The notes under the pieces: model-generated
The model's database searches: none
What the model was told of the DNA's origin: nothing
Seen by the model: the letters and a program-made list of their open reading frames with translations, nothing else
Part shown: one piece after another, positions 30,801 to 39,740 of the stretch
Numbering within the stretch: the first letter of the stretch is position 1
How the letters are laid out: every line of letters starts with the position of its first letter
Position numbers and translations under genes: made by a program
IMG/VR virus record: IMGVR_UViG_3300042553_000685
From: a virus
Length of the DNA stretch: 64,000 bases
Strand: one strand, 5' to 3'

Positions 30801-33515
30801 AGTAGGTGCTATGGGCCCTATACCCATGAATAAGTTATTGCCCTGGAGGCGCGCCTTAGTAGAACGCATCACTCCCCCTAGCATAGCTCCTCCTCGCATG
30901 AGGAGGCCCTTCATACCGCTAGTGTTATTCTCGCTACTACTGACTATGTAGTTGAGGCTTTGGCTTCCAGTACCTAAGATTCTATGGAAGGATTCTGCCA
31001 TTTCACTAAAGCTGAATACTTCTGCCATACTCACAAAGGAGCGGCTGTCTTCTTTACCCACTCCCCATCCCCAGCGCCAGGGTGCAGCAGGTAGACTAGC
31101 CCCTACCTCGTCAATTAGTATTGCTAATTCTCGTTGTCTCTCAAAGCCTATGTTAGTGGCCCTGAGCGACACTAGGAATGGCTCTATCTCACGCGAGACT
31201 GGGTTATACCTCTCTTCAAAAGTGGTCTCTAGACCAATAGGACGCCGCAATGAATCATGGAAGGCATCCACAGAGCGCCTTAACTTAATGTCCTCTGCAC
31301 TCCCTCTCTCATAGGGATTCATGACATCTAGTATGAAGGGCTTAGTTATATACTCGAAGAAGGTGGCCCCCCTCTCTCTATAAAATAGGTTATTGAGGGC
31401 AGGCAGTGTATTTATACGATTAGTGTAATAGTTGTCGAGGGTGCCTCCGCTAAGCCCCTGAACTTCCTGCATGTATTTAGCTAACTCGAAATTATCGACG
31501 GGGGCAATGTCTAGTATAGGTAAGTGCTGAGGATATCTTTTTCCTGTTGTCTTCTGTACAGCGCTATCGATAGTGCCCTGGACCATCGACTTATTTAGTT
31601 CTGCAGTTATGTAACCTAGTGGTATACCTATACTGAAGTATAGCCCCATACTGGCCGCTGTAGTCATTACAAAGCTACTAGCAAATGTAAGCGCATTCTC
31701 GTACACACCAGCCACCGGTACCATACTATCGCGCGTCTCATCGTAGTCGAAGAACGTGCCGTAGTATGTCAGTGTTCTGTCTAGTACTGCACCGAAGGCC
31801 CCCGCTATACTAGGTAGAACCCCCACCTCATCCTTATATAGCCTGCCGAAGCCGGCCATGATAGTGTATTCATTAATGAGAGAGCCTAGGCCTGGCGATA
31901 ATAGAGCTCTATCGTAATCGCGGACCTGGTCTGGCACAGTACTGGGGGTCCCACTTAGCGCAGCGCGCGCTAGGTAGTTCTGTGTGGCTATGCCCGGCCT
32001 ATTGGTATAAGACTCTAATGATTCTCTCCAGTCTAGGTGTCCGCTTACTCGAGCGCGGGCTGCGTTATTGATAGCCACCTCATAAAAATGAGAGGCCCCC
32101 AGGAAGCTGGGTAGCTGAGATATAGTAGTACCAGTAGTAGCACGTATAAATGACTTATTGGTATACCCCATCTGCGTCATCTCTATATCGGAGACGTTGA
32201 ACTTATTATCAGACAATAACATGCCCTTATAATACGCGAAGGCAGCGGGGTCGTCCTCGCTAGTCAACCGTATCATGATCTCCCTATTGTGCTGAGCACT
32301 GAAGCGTCGAGTGCCCATATAAAGTACATCGGTGCCCTTCTCGTCTATATTCTCAAATAGGTGTTTATTATAATGAGTACCTACGTTAGAGCCCACTATA
32401 ACGCCGGCTTGCTGCAGACGATTACGTATACTGGAATCTACCTGACCACTAGTAGCCATTAATATTGGTATGTCGGACGCCCGTTCTACTATAGTGTTCT
32501 CGAAGCTCTCTAGTATGGCGTAGTGAGTCCTATCTAAATTATTATCTCGACTGATGATATTTCCATCATCATCTCTTGCTTGAGCTAGGCTCCAGCTTGC
32601 TGGGCTCAGCACTATGCCATTAGCCTTCTGCGCGTCGCGGGTCATGGCTAATATAGCCTCTGATTCACCTAAGATGAATCTATTGCGAGAAGTATCTAGC
32701 TCCCTGCCCTCTGCTAGAGAACGCATATAAGTGCGGAGTTCAGTAACAAACTTAGGGTTACTGGTTTCATAGAATACATCCTTTTTATCAGACTTAAAGC
32801 CTATGTCAAGAAGACTACTATTAGTATTCCTTAGCATTACGCCAGCGCCCATGAGTAGAGGAGCGGCTATAGCCCCTACTATACCTAGTCGTGGGGCCCT
32901 GCCTGATATTATAGCGCCGGCCCCTGCGATACCTGATACTACCGCTCCTACCTCGAGGGCATTAGTTCCGTACTCGGTTATATAAGGAGCCGTGTGTACT
33001 CTACCTACATCAGTACCGTCCTCTCTGGTGATCAACTCGAGCTTAGAGTGCATCAGCGTAGTACCCTGGCCCTTATTAGCAATATAGGGTATGACATTTA
33101 GATTATTAGATGCTGCCTCTAATGCCTGTGACTCTCTCTTAGATATAGTCATGTCGACTACGACGGTACCACCTACCTCATCGTATAGATCCATCTCATT
33201 AGTAAATATACCCTCTGCCATTTTTATATATGGCTTCATACTCTGATAGAATTCATCTTGCCTTTCTTGGCCTATTGCTCTGAAGCTCTCTTTATTAAAA
33301 GTATCGTGTAATAACTCTAGGGTAAAATCCGAGTGGAACCTATTGTGTGAGAACAAGGCCGCCTCTAGACTATTCGGGCGCGCATCTCTTAGAAAACGCT
33401 GAGTCTCACTGAGAGATGAGACGCCGAATCGGCTAGAGGAGCCCTCTAGTGAACCAACACCAGCCGATGGGTATTTACCCGCCGCCTCTATTTGTTTTAG
33501 TAGATCCGATTCCAC
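24819..33515 (-). CDS. Giant virion-associated protein (2898 aa) with multiple Gly/Ala-rich hydrophobic segments
   Basis: Uninterrupted 8697-nt ORF. Hydrophobic glycine-zipper-like stretches include GIVGAIAAPLLMGAGVML and ITGIVTGLVAAKAIGAIGAAVMGAPLIAAIGVVAIGVGIATGLFAWGY. No catalytic motif recognised. Confidence 0.85.
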   Translation of the reverse strand: MESDLLKQIEAAGKYPSAGVGSLEGSSSRFGVSSLSETQRFLRDARPNSLEAALFSHNRFHSDFTLELLHDTFNKESFRAIGQERQDEFYQSMKPYIKMAEGIFTNEMDLYDEVGGTVVVDMTISKRESQALEAASNNLNVIPYIANKGQGTTLMHSKLELITREDGTDVGRVHTAPYITEYGTNALEVGAVVSGIAGAGAIISGRAPRLGIVGAIAAPLLMGAGVMLRNTNSSLLDIGFKSDKKDVFYETSNPKFVTELRTYMRSLAEGRELDTSRNRFILGESEAILAMTRDAQKANGIVLSPASWSLAQARDDDGNIISRDNNLDRTHYAILESFENTIVERASDIPILMATSGQVDSSIRNRLQQAGVIVGSNVGTHYNKHLFENIDEKGTDVLYMGTRRFSAQHNREIMIRLTSEDDPAAFAYYKGMLLSDNKFNVSDIEMTQMGYTNKSFIRATTGTTISQLPSFLGASHFYEVAINNAARARVSGHLDWRESLESYTNRPGIATQNYLARAALSGTPSTVPDQVRDYDRALLSPGLGSLINEYTIMAGFGRLYKDEVGVLPSIAGAFGAVLDRTLTYYGTFFDYDETRDSMVPVAGVYENALTFASSFVMTTAASMGLYFSIGIPLGYITAELNKSMVQGTIDSAVQKTTGKRYPQHLPILDIAPVDNFELAKYMQEVQGLSGGTLDNYYTNRINTLPALNNLFYRERGATFFEYITKPFILDVMNPYERGSAEDIKLRRSVDAFHDSLRRPIGLETTFEERYNPVSREIEPFLVSLRATNIGFERQRELAILIDEVGASLPAAPWRWGWGVGKEDSRSFVSMAEVFSFSEMAESFHRILGTGSQSLNYIVSSSENNTSGMKGLLMRGGAMLGGVMRSTKARLQGNNLFMGIGPIAPTNLAAEYKELMKLERQMLVENLLTWEVGINGQGSRQIGNVQTLEQRQLVSKFVDQLIVYNQAIQSSPHYQQAVQRAAGATAAQEDLFRLISGRNSRFLTSSFFRNKGIIGASVLALMNVQTGLANILDASGPSFLRSINLQFGAVDVEEVRYNNRNLILEGPVMGAAYTALAVAGGYVGSEVFGSMAINRYSLSDELYASGNSRLISAEAEGVLKRGTLVKKGNRFMTWGLTTAALLWAPRVITGVGNFIMNTFNRITGQEGQVLDENYATVGSLQAWKQSVLNRVNTGTLVGNRTERTLEAWSAFVAGRISAHTPVAAISRRAKTIEVYASQAPTSYIQFFIAESRRRSSEIDKGVYSYSMGVQSAPVLGISMSVSAPLAFDANKPFAEAFIYNQEKDNVINYIQSAGNVSLAVSLTAGLVSLSALLPEYARSKILRDPTIGAGAKDLSNKMTNLAALVDDWGGRAMNIPIAGARTAAGSFWHYSGKVIDTMAGFSYGALQGFDKLDRRLAKVIALSNFIVPPVLGVLFGLTGTSPLTSSLLVGTSLAFAYSFAMKHDPWRRKVALLQSRVAWITGMEDIRISRGMHTGLRRWRAYRMPLLLGTIAALFQTKTGWNVSEGMDDNVMTRLATVGLYAGVNAMAVVELGDLGLDPGATIERYRRMRAKVGKMHPLNPLGMWRKLRLASLERDIRSDFNTVETYLSDYRNNRRGYHSFDLLDEHLKTVHGRAYHDAMNEHGRRPSNFQVRDIIDEAGSYRLTDYGENLRTLVDSRDYLKYRNARILGPGGNRLLRSAAALGVVNLAATALLLGVGAVLSGSGNQEEATAGFYNAMDGTPLEFVSNAFRLVTRRDIAVAPDPLEPMVVMADGAYKRKRGVRLINPIESSVGRMSTAIDNLRSSFVLNASNPFMSVLVFGTSVREGELGSRQTFYMQLQSTNQDISTAVYSTAPAYMFKMVKAGAMGQLYARDYRKANITDASMNNLSEDQRKFMAISVVSLTARLDPLTDKNRRRVTSPLNRASLALYRADPLMNIALSSRLQVIRNFAYQRPESLVSEMTNLGNPDGMNPRDSKKPKSYLDTLIASLSKGDMRLLAETAFPGLASRVANPLNFIQYENFIKYSSERRTGGRRVDIYAADGDWLEMGAPRSMRTEENNILGMMGSFLVNFWGKIPLINTPIMTSLAGGVAATMIAGAIGAMMSLFGVLEGGKQARAIDNVMTELRVLWAGERAEHFIITAPQAKSPLGENRMKYEVKRGRFTYTLHASPPDGMGGEVGKRIGYFLNSFMSMTANDEMDTLMARVYDAPIINESTVRNITDRDDLIRKLVDSLDDTISRGSDSFLTKILNLLDSDISINNGPAPFSQKAYSLLGLNEETFKIQYGDADSFLRRRIREVIKETIEREVIRKISLNPGPGDAFMISSRFRGLTSDEQIRIISASVLNELGFLFKDIKEKALIMAGATTDIEVLRSRNQRVEDWANKQGGIIDIERKKAPQWKRIFHWDSGKAPIADPSEIKVYPFFKARLSARGSLQALGGGIMTAWGGIESLDVGSAFIRLGRSQRDELYTEAEKQLLEEHAGMTVRNSITGIVTGLVAAKAIGAIGAAVMGAPLIAAIGVVAIGVGIATGLFAWGYKHLEAVTKGDAWQDFSQASERFWAGVDRAIGDIIGDKIPGVLSLGNNQVKGVITSAIGTALGVMSLVGAAASWFKGAGWGLIAKSGLGGFLGGTAISAVPGVHETLARGSSAAVEGMGKITGLNMFVTPTDYLLARYKQGPGGMTLAMPGRAFQYNADRWAEASKDSAGSRTAAMLLPTPDGGDSNIQLLDPFTEREIARRARLFNVEIFGQTSWVKSARASSDWGAIKVYARQQMLGQYKNNMAAIRATVSDTMNKLAQSATPYSAEVARLAIAVSKTVGGPAPATQSRAIISNNGNFSPELKEIAEEATRRGHIALISQETSAEQNGNTVTVTTRPSDDNSLWVNRLDGKLDREAMLRMG

Positions 33516-34132
33516 TGTCCATTGACCTCTATATTATCTGTATAGGAGACCTCTACCGGCACTACCGGTGTATCGTATTCTACTACTACGGGATCATTAT
33601 TAGGTAATTGTATCTCTGCCTTGAAGCGCTCTGCTCGGCTAGTGCTCTGGTCCTTGACGGTATAATCTACACTAGCACCCAGTGTATCTTTAACAACGAT
33701 GCCTGTTAGTATATCGGGGTAATCGAATAAACTAATTATATTGTTTACTGGTGTTACCTCTATACGCTCGCGACTGGTAGACATACCTATCCACCAGTAT
33801 CGTGTGTCTACTAATGACTCCTGATAATCCTGGACTACGCGCCCTGGTACCTTAGATTGTTGCCTCCATCTCCAGATCTCTATCTTATACGCATTCTCTA
33901 GTCTAAATGCCCCGCTGGCTCGCGGCGTGCTGTATTGGGGGTAGGTCAGCGGTATATACTCTGGCTCGCAGGGGGCCAGCAATAAACGTAGGGGTATAGT
34001 CGACTGGAGATGTATTCTCTGACTGGTGCCAGGCGTGACCCCACGGAGAGAACGCGGCGGCGTGATATACAGGTAGTATCGCCACGAGCTGAATAATTCC
34101 TGGAACTTAAATACAACTGGAGATAATTTCAT
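33497..34132 (-). CDS. Hypothetical protein (211 aa)
   Basis: ORF between the terminase and the giant ORF. It overlaps the giant ORF start by 19 nt. Confidence 0.55.
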   Translation of the reverse strand: MKLSPVVFKFQELFSSWRYYLYITPPRSLRGVTPGTSQRIHLQSTIPLRLLLAPCEPEYIPLTYPQYSTPRASGAFRLENAYKIEIWRWRQQSKVPGRVVQDYQESLVDTRYWWIGMSTSRERIEVTPVNNIISLFDYPDILTGIVVKDTLGASVDYTVKDQSTSRAERFKAEIQLPNNDPVVVEYDTPVVPVEVSYTDNIEVNGQWNRIY

Positions 34133-34213
34133 TATGGTTATGGCGCGCCTGGGGACAGCTTTTAATACATCATGAATGAGGTGAGCTTATCTATTGTGGA
34201 CATGACATTCGTA

Positions 34214-35992
34214 TTAGATTGAGGGCCGCCGCTTACGCGCTGCTAGTAGTAACCCCTTACCGCGAGCTGTAGTTAGTTCTCTATTCTTCTTGAGTGTCTT
34301 GCTACTGATACTCTTGATGCCACTAGAACTCATACTGAATCCCATGAGAGTACTGTCCTCCTTAACGCAGTTGAATACAGCGTTGACTACAGCATCTATT
34401 ATGTCCTTACCACTGGCCCGCTCGTTGTGAGTTATCTTACCACTAGCCAGTTGTAATATACCGCCCATCTCGGCCATCAGACTATGCGTCCAGATACTAT
34501 CGCGAGGTAGTATCAGTCGCCCCTCATTGAGTAGTTGTCGCGTTAGGTTATAGTAACTCAGCTGCGCTGTATTAGTGGTACTCATCTCAGTAGAGCGTAT
34601 GCCGTGAGCGTGTAGTCGCTGTATAGTGGACTGAGATTGGTATGAGTCAAATGAGCAGAGATTAATATTGCGGGCCTGACATATCTGCACTAACTTCTCC
34701 TCTATATCTAGGTAGGAGACTATACGCTGTATGCCCCTCCCCTTATCATCTCTATCACTATAGGGCTTCCACACTAGTAGACCATCTACTATGACACCCC
34801 ATCTACCATCCTCTAGCTTAGTGCTCCTTACGAAGGCAATAGCGGCACTATCCTTCTTGAGCCCGTAGTCTACGTGTAGATAGGAACGGCCCTCACTGAG
34901 TCTCTCTAGTCTATTTATCTGCAGTGATACGTAATAGCGTATATCATCCCCATTGGTTATATCCAGTGGTATAGAACGCGCATCCAGACAAGAGAGACCC
35001 TTAACTGCCTCCTCTATATACTCCTTCTGGAAGAAGGAGCCGTGCCTACTAGAGCGTATGCCCTCATACTCCAGAGCTGCTGTCACGGGATCGCGTATGT
35101 AGTCCTCACTATTCTTAAGGCTATACTCACTGACCTCTGGTCGTAGATTGATATCCCAGGTGCGTAGACGGAATGCCACCATGCGCGCATCGCGTGTCGC
35201 TACCTTATAGAGATTCTGTATGTAGTCCCCCTCACCCCAAGCAGAACTGATGGCTATCTTCTTACCTTTATCACCGAAGGTACTCAGCCCCTTAGCTACG
35301 TTACTCCATATATCATCTGCCTTCGATTCCCCTAGCTCGTTATACTCGAAGCGGGCCGCCTCATCTAGAACTAACATCTTAAGAGAATAACCTACTAGAG
35401 ACTGCGAGTTAGTGTGTTTAGCGTAGATGGCTATATTCTTAGCCGGGCAACGTATCTCCTGCGTGAGTATCTCTATCTGACCACTGTTCACTAGCCCCTT
35501 GAAGTACGCGCTCTGGCTAGCGTAGCCCCTGATTGCGCCGAATAGCGTCTCATTGACCTGGGCCCCGCTTCGCGCTATAACAAATATAGCTATAGGGGAC
35601 CCACTCAGTAGACCATAGTGCTTAGCTGGGTTATCTAGGTTGATAAGGCAATAGAATTCATAGAGTACGCATATACTTGCTAGCACGCTCTTACCTCCTC
35701 GTCGCCCGCACTCTAGTACCATGTTAACGTAGGAGCGGTCTGGTACCCAGGTAGTTACATCTTGCTCAGCCCATCGTTGTAGTATATCTAGCTCATCCCC
35801 TGCTAAGGGCTCATTATAGAGAGCGCGCAGTATAGCTCTCTGAGGCGGGAATAATGTATCGCCGGGGGCCAGTAGATACTGCTCTGCAAATTCAACTATA
35901 CCTATAACGTGGCCAGTCTTAACCTGAGCTAGGCCTTCATACGCTAACTCATCGAATAGTTCTATTGGATCCAGCTTACGTTTACGCACCAA
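34214..35992 (-). CDS. terL: Terminase large subunit
   Basis: Walker A ECGRRGGKS, Walker B LVLDEAA, and a C-terminal RNaseH-like nuclease region with conserved Asp positions (HVDYGLKKDSAAIAF, FDSYQS, KDIIDAVVNAV). Confidence 0.85.
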   Translation of the reverse strand: MVRKRKLDPIELFDELAYEGLAQVKTGHVIGIVEFAEQYLLAPGDTLFPPQRAILRALYNEPLAGDELDILQRWAEQDVTTWVPDRSYVNMVLECGRRGGKSVLASICVLYEFYCLINLDNPAKHYGLLSGSPIAIFVIARSGAQVNETLFGAIRGYASQSAYFKGLVNSGQIEILTQEIRCPAKNIAIYAKHTNSQSLVGYSLKMLVLDEAARFEYNELGESKADDIWSNVAKGLSTFGDKGKKIAISSAWGEGDYIQNLYKVATRDARMVAFRLRTWDINLRPEVSEYSLKNSEDYIRDPVTAALEYEGIRSSRHGSFFQKEYIEEAVKGLSCLDARSIPLDITNGDDIRYYVSLQINRLERLSEGRSYLHVDYGLKKDSAAIAFVRSTKLEDGRWGVIVDGLLVWKPYSDRDDKGRGIQRIVSYLDIEEKLVQICQARNINLCSFDSYQSQSTIQRLHAHGIRSTEMSTTNTAQLSYYNLTRQLLNEGRLILPRDSIWTHSLMAEMGGILQLASGKITHNERASGKDIIDAVVNAVFNCVKEDSTLMGFSMSSSGIKSISSKTLKKNRELTTARGKGLLLAARKRRPSI

Positions 35993-36770
35993 GTGTCACC
36001 TCCATATACATATTCTTAGTCTCTGTGTATTCTGTTATGTATATGTCAGGTTGTATGGCCTTGACTAAATTAGGATCCTCATCTATAGCAACATAGAATA
36101 CGTCACCTTGGGGTATCATGTGTATTGCTGCAGGGCCCGATATTGTGTTTACTGGTAGTGATGGATTCAGATATATAGATGATATGGTACTCATAATATA
36201 AGGGCCCGCGTCTATCTCTAGCTCTATGTACTCGTCTGGTGTTGGTACGTCTAAGCGGGGTGGCGATTCTATATAGCGTAGTGTCCAGGGCACAGTTGAA
36301 TTGAAGCGTATAGTCGCTACCGTTGTATTCTGCGGGACCTCTAATTGTACCTCTTGATCTAGACTATTGTCTCGAGAGAATGCAGTGTAGATTATAATAG
36401 TACTAGAACTGGCTGACCGTAGTATGTATGCGCTTATACTACCCTCCGCCTTAGTAGAGAGGATGGCTCTCTGCAGTGGTTCTAGACCCCAGCTATCTAA
36501 TTCTGAGCGCATGATAAAATTACCCCTACTATCTATCATGTCGTAGGGAGCGGGCACTTTAACAGAGTGTATATCCTTATTGAGAACTACGACAGGGTAA
36601 TCAGTACTACTGAGTAATTGTATTATCCACCAATCTAATAGTGGCAGAGCCCCTAATAGTGCAGGGGCCCGTGTTCTAATTAATGACTCGAGGTTAATCA
36701 CAATGAATAATGAGTTTAGACAGCGACGCTTTAGTAGTATGCCCCTCACTATGCGGTCAATAGCAGGCAC
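35982..36770 (-). CDS. Hypothetical protein (262 aa)
   Basis: Non-ATG start. It overlaps the terminase start by 11 nt. Confidence 0.55.
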   Translation of the reverse strand: MPAIDRIVRGILLKRRCLNSLFIVINLESLIRTRAPALLGALPLLDWWIIQLLSSTDYPVVVLNKDIHSVKVPAPYDMIDSRGNFIMRSELDSWGLEPLQRAILSTKAEGSISAYILRSASSSTIIIYTAFSRDNSLDQEVQLEVPQNTTVATIRFNSTVPWTLRYIESPPRLDVPTPDEYIELEIDAGPYIMSTISSIYLNPSLPVNTISGPAAIHMIPQGDVFYVAIDEDPNLVKAIQPDIYITEYTETKNMYMEVTLGA

Positions 36771-36791
36771 CGCGCATGTAGTTGACTTTAG

Positions 36792-36800
36792 ATTATAGCA
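36792..36800 (-). promoter_or_regulatory. Extended -10 element (TGcTATAAT) on the - strand
   Basis: The reverse complement of 36792-36800 reads TGCTATAAT, about 20 nt upstream of the start at 36770, in a 150-nt gap of the late block. Confidence 0.3.
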
Positions 36801-36923
36801 CAGCTCGTGTAGTAATTAGTACTATGCTTAGTATTGAGGATATGGAAATGAATGACACTAGCAGTCGAGGGGGCCATAGAACTATACCCTGCTGGCCTCT
36901 CTACTAAGTCGCAGCTATAGGGG

Positions 36924-37394
36924 TCATGTCTGCTCGTTGAGCTGTAAATTGATAGTGTAATTGTATACTGCAGGTGGTACTACAGATAGTGGTGCGCTAA
37001 CTACGGTTTCTATGTGCACTACAGTACCCACGTTACTACCGCGGTTATTACCATTAGCTGGACTGGCACCAGTTAGGTTAGCCCCCCGTACTACCAATGC
37101 ATGAGTGAAGGGCCCTATCGGCGCCCCTGATGGCGTGAATGTAGCAGTAGCAACCAAACTAGCAGTGGGTGCTGTACGCGTTGGGATAGTGATGATTGGG
37201 GTAGTAACGATGAATCTACTATAACCACTAATCTCCCAGAGGGCTGCTTGAGCCATAGTGATATTCAGGCGGGCATCTATCTCAGTGGGGGTTAATACAG
37301 TACCTATACCTAGCTCGGGCCGATTGATTAGAATGACTACTAGATTAGTATTAATCTGAGATAGTAGGAAGGAGAATAGTGCTCTTGTGTACAT
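36924..37394 (-). CDS. Hypothetical virion protein (156 aa)
   Basis: ORF in the structural block, Thr/Ala/Pro/Val-rich and beta-type in composition. Confidence 0.55.
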   Translation of the reverse strand: MYTRALFSFLLSQINTNLVVILINRPELGIGTVLTPTEIDARLNITMAQAALWEISGYSRFIVTTPIITIPTRTAPTASLVATATFTPSGAPIGPFTHALVVRGANLTGASPANGNNRGSNVGTVVHIETVVSAPLSVVPPAVYNYTINLQLNEQT

Positions 37395-37395
37395 G

Positions 37396-37764
37396 TTAAG
37401 GTAGTGTTATGTTTAGGCGGCTCTCTACAGTGCCGTCGATGATTCTATATACTATATCATCATCGAGAGGGTCATATAACTCTATATCATAGAACCATGT
37501 CTGACGCGGTGCTGTAGTAGGTATCTGCTTAGTACGTGTGGCACCTAGATAGGGTTTAATACGTGTGTAGATCACTCCATCTATATCTACTGTAATTAGG
37601 GGCTCAAACTCAAAGTTAGCAAATAACTCACCATCCTCCCCATCTCGTATCTGGCCCCGGCACTGCATTGCCGTTAGGTCTCCCTGACGTAGTATAGTCA
37701 GTAGATCCCAGAGGGCCCCCCGTATAATAGCTCTATCCTTAACTAGATCTAGCTTAGTTACCAT
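37396..37764 (-). CDS. Hypothetical virion protein (122 aa)
   Basis: Tightly packed ORF with a 1-nt gap to the next gene. Confidence 0.55.
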   Translation of the reverse strand: MVTKLDLVKDRAIIRGALWDLLTILRQGDLTAMQCRGQIRDGEDGELFANFEFEPLITVDIDGVIYTRIKPYLGATRTKQIPTTAPRQTWFYDIELYDPLDDDIVYRIIDGTVESRLNITLP

Positions 37765-38603
37765 AATCTCAATGTTGCTGTTACTGCCTGCTGTATAACT
37801 ACGCCCTGTACAATACTATGGCTGAGGCGCACCCTATCAATTAACCACTGTTGTTTGTATAAAATACTATCTAATAATGGGGGGCTATCTAGTAGGAATA
37901 ATTCCTGAGTCTGGGCTCTATATTGATATAGCGTCGTCTCCTCACCATAATTAATAGTAGACCAGCCCGTATACGTTCCTATCCAGGGTTCCTCTAATCT
38001 AGTGGGTAACTCACCTACTAGATTAGGTAGTGTACGCGTCATCTGCTCTACGCTTGGTGGACCAAGGGGATCTAGTAGATTAGTAGGTCTTAATCTACTC
38101 CACTGGAGAGTATCAGGCGGTGCTATATTACCTGATACGTGCTGATATTCATAGTAAGGCCATATCACTCGCCCAGTCCATACCCAGCCGGGTAATAGGG
38201 GGTGTATACCCTGACTATTTAACAACACCACCCTACCACTGAATATAGGTACTAGATCATCCGCTGAGGGATAACGTAGTGTATAACCACCATCTACCAT
38301 TGGTATATACGGCAGGAGATGCTCTACTAAATCTACTGGTAAGTAGATGTATCGCCTATTGGGCCAGCTCTGGCCATCTATTCTTACAAATACGGCTATC
38401 TCCTGCCAGCCGCGACGGCCCCATAAATCACCGCCCAGCCACTGGATTCCTACCCATGTATAACTCTCTGCCTCTATGACTAGTGCATCTAGGCCCTTAT
38501 ACTCAAATAGACCTGCCTGCGGCTGATAAGGCCGCGCGGGGTTGAGCCGCCGCTGTTCTGCTACTAGTTCTTGCCATGGTTTAATAGTACTCAATTCGGC
38601 CAA
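37758..38603 (-). CDS. Hypothetical virion protein (281 aa)
   Basis: Overlapping ORF in the structural block. Confidence 0.55.
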   Translation of the reverse strand: MAELSTIKPWQELVAEQRRLNPARPYQPQAGLFEYKGLDALVIEAESYTWVGIQWLGGDLWGRRGWQEIAVFVRIDGQSWPNRRYIYLPVDLVEHLLPYIPMVDGGYTLRYPSADDLVPIFSGRVVLLNSQGIHPLLPGWVWTGRVIWPYYEYQHVSGNIAPPDTLQWSRLRPTNLLDPLGPPSVEQMTRTLPNLVGELPTRLEEPWIGTYTGWSTINYGEETTLYQYRAQTQELFLLDSPPLLDSILYKQQWLIDRVRLSHSIVQGVVIQQAVTATLRLW

Positions 38604-39729
38604 TCTCCTCTTTAGCTACTAGGTAATTATCATTCTCGTATGTAGCAAGAATGAATATATTACTCCATTCTCTTATAGATAAGAAGAATATGGGCTTATA
38701 GTCACCTTCTCTATATATTACGCCTATCGATGATTGTATAGGCACAGTGCGAGCCTGCGGGGTAGACCTGCCTAGCGGTATAAGCGTATTAACTGATAGA
38801 CCAGAGGGCATAGTAGCTGTCAGTAACCTTACATCTCTTACACTGACCCACCAGCTCTCTGACCCATTTACTAATATTATGCAGCCATCCTGTGAATACA
38901 TAGCCCGGCTGCTTATACGAGTACCATCTATTAAATACGCCTCGTATAACTCTGCGCCTATAGTCTCATTTATTGTGTAGTTTCGTATAAACCTAGTAGC
39001 AGCGCGAAGTAGACCTAGGTCACGAGCTATGGGCCCCCGCGGCGGCCGGGTATTAAACCATGTCTTATCGCCTTGTCTTACACTCTCTACTGTCTCTATT
39101 GGCATCGTTACAGTTATATTCCCTAGTCTACCTACTACCTGACGGCCCCGACTAGTATAGACTGTATCTGCCTCTATCGTTGTAGCGTCTCCTATTCTAT
39201 CTATGTAGAAACGACCTGAGCCCAGAGATTCTAACCATACCTCCAGGTCTATTATACTATCACTCCATCGAGATGGAACCCCAGTAGTAATCTGGAGTAT
39301 TGTATTGACTGCAGTTCTTACATCTCCTGCTGCTGTCTCTAATATGAGGTCATTATCAATTAATCTGACTGCCTCTACTATGATGCTATCTATGTATGTG
39401 ACTAGCGCAGTACGGCGTATGAGCTGTACCTCTGGCGCTATACCCTTTTCTAGGTACTCTATCACAGCCGCCTCTGCGTCAGCAGCCCAGTTAAATGGAC
39501 GTGTTAGTGTCTGCGCCACTGGGGCGTTATAGGTCGGCGTGCCATCTGGCCTAGTGTAGATAGTATTATTGCCTTGTATTATAGTCAGTACATCTCGTAG
39601 GTTAGAACGGGCGGGCCCCACTGTCACTATCTTATCAGTGATAGATAGAGTACCCGTCACCTGAGACTCTACCTTACCTACTAGATATCTCATAGTTACA
39701 GACTGACCTATGTATATCAGTAATCTCAT
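38581..39729 (-). CDS. Hypothetical virion protein (382 aa)
   Basis: Overlapping ORF in the structural block. Confidence 0.55.
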   Translation of the reverse strand: MRLLIYIGQSVTMRYLVGKVESQVTGTLSITDKIVTVGPARSNLRDVLTIIQGNNTIYTRPDGTPTYNAPVAQTLTRPFNWAADAEAAVIEYLEKGIAPEVQLIRRTALVTYIDSIIVEAVRLIDNDLILETAAGDVRTAVNTILQITTGVPSRWSDSIIDLEVWLESLGSGRFYIDRIGDATTIEADTVYTSRGRQVVGRLGNITVTMPIETVESVRQGDKTWFNTRPPRGPIARDLGLLRAATRFIRNYTINETIGAELYEAYLIDGTRISSRAMYSQDGCIILVNGSESWWVSVRDVRLLTATMPSGLSVNTLIPLGRSTPQARTVPIQSSIGVIYREGDYKPIFFLSIREWSNIFILATYENDNYLVAKEEIGRIEYY

Positions 39730-39740
39730 TAGACTCTCCC

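Noticed and set aside
25147-32985. Multiple + strand ORFs (60-166 aa) inside the giant gene
   Set aside because: All are antisense to an uninterrupted 8.7-kb ORF and have Ala/Pro/Ser/Arg-rich compositions typical of antisense frames. None has an obvious ribosome site.
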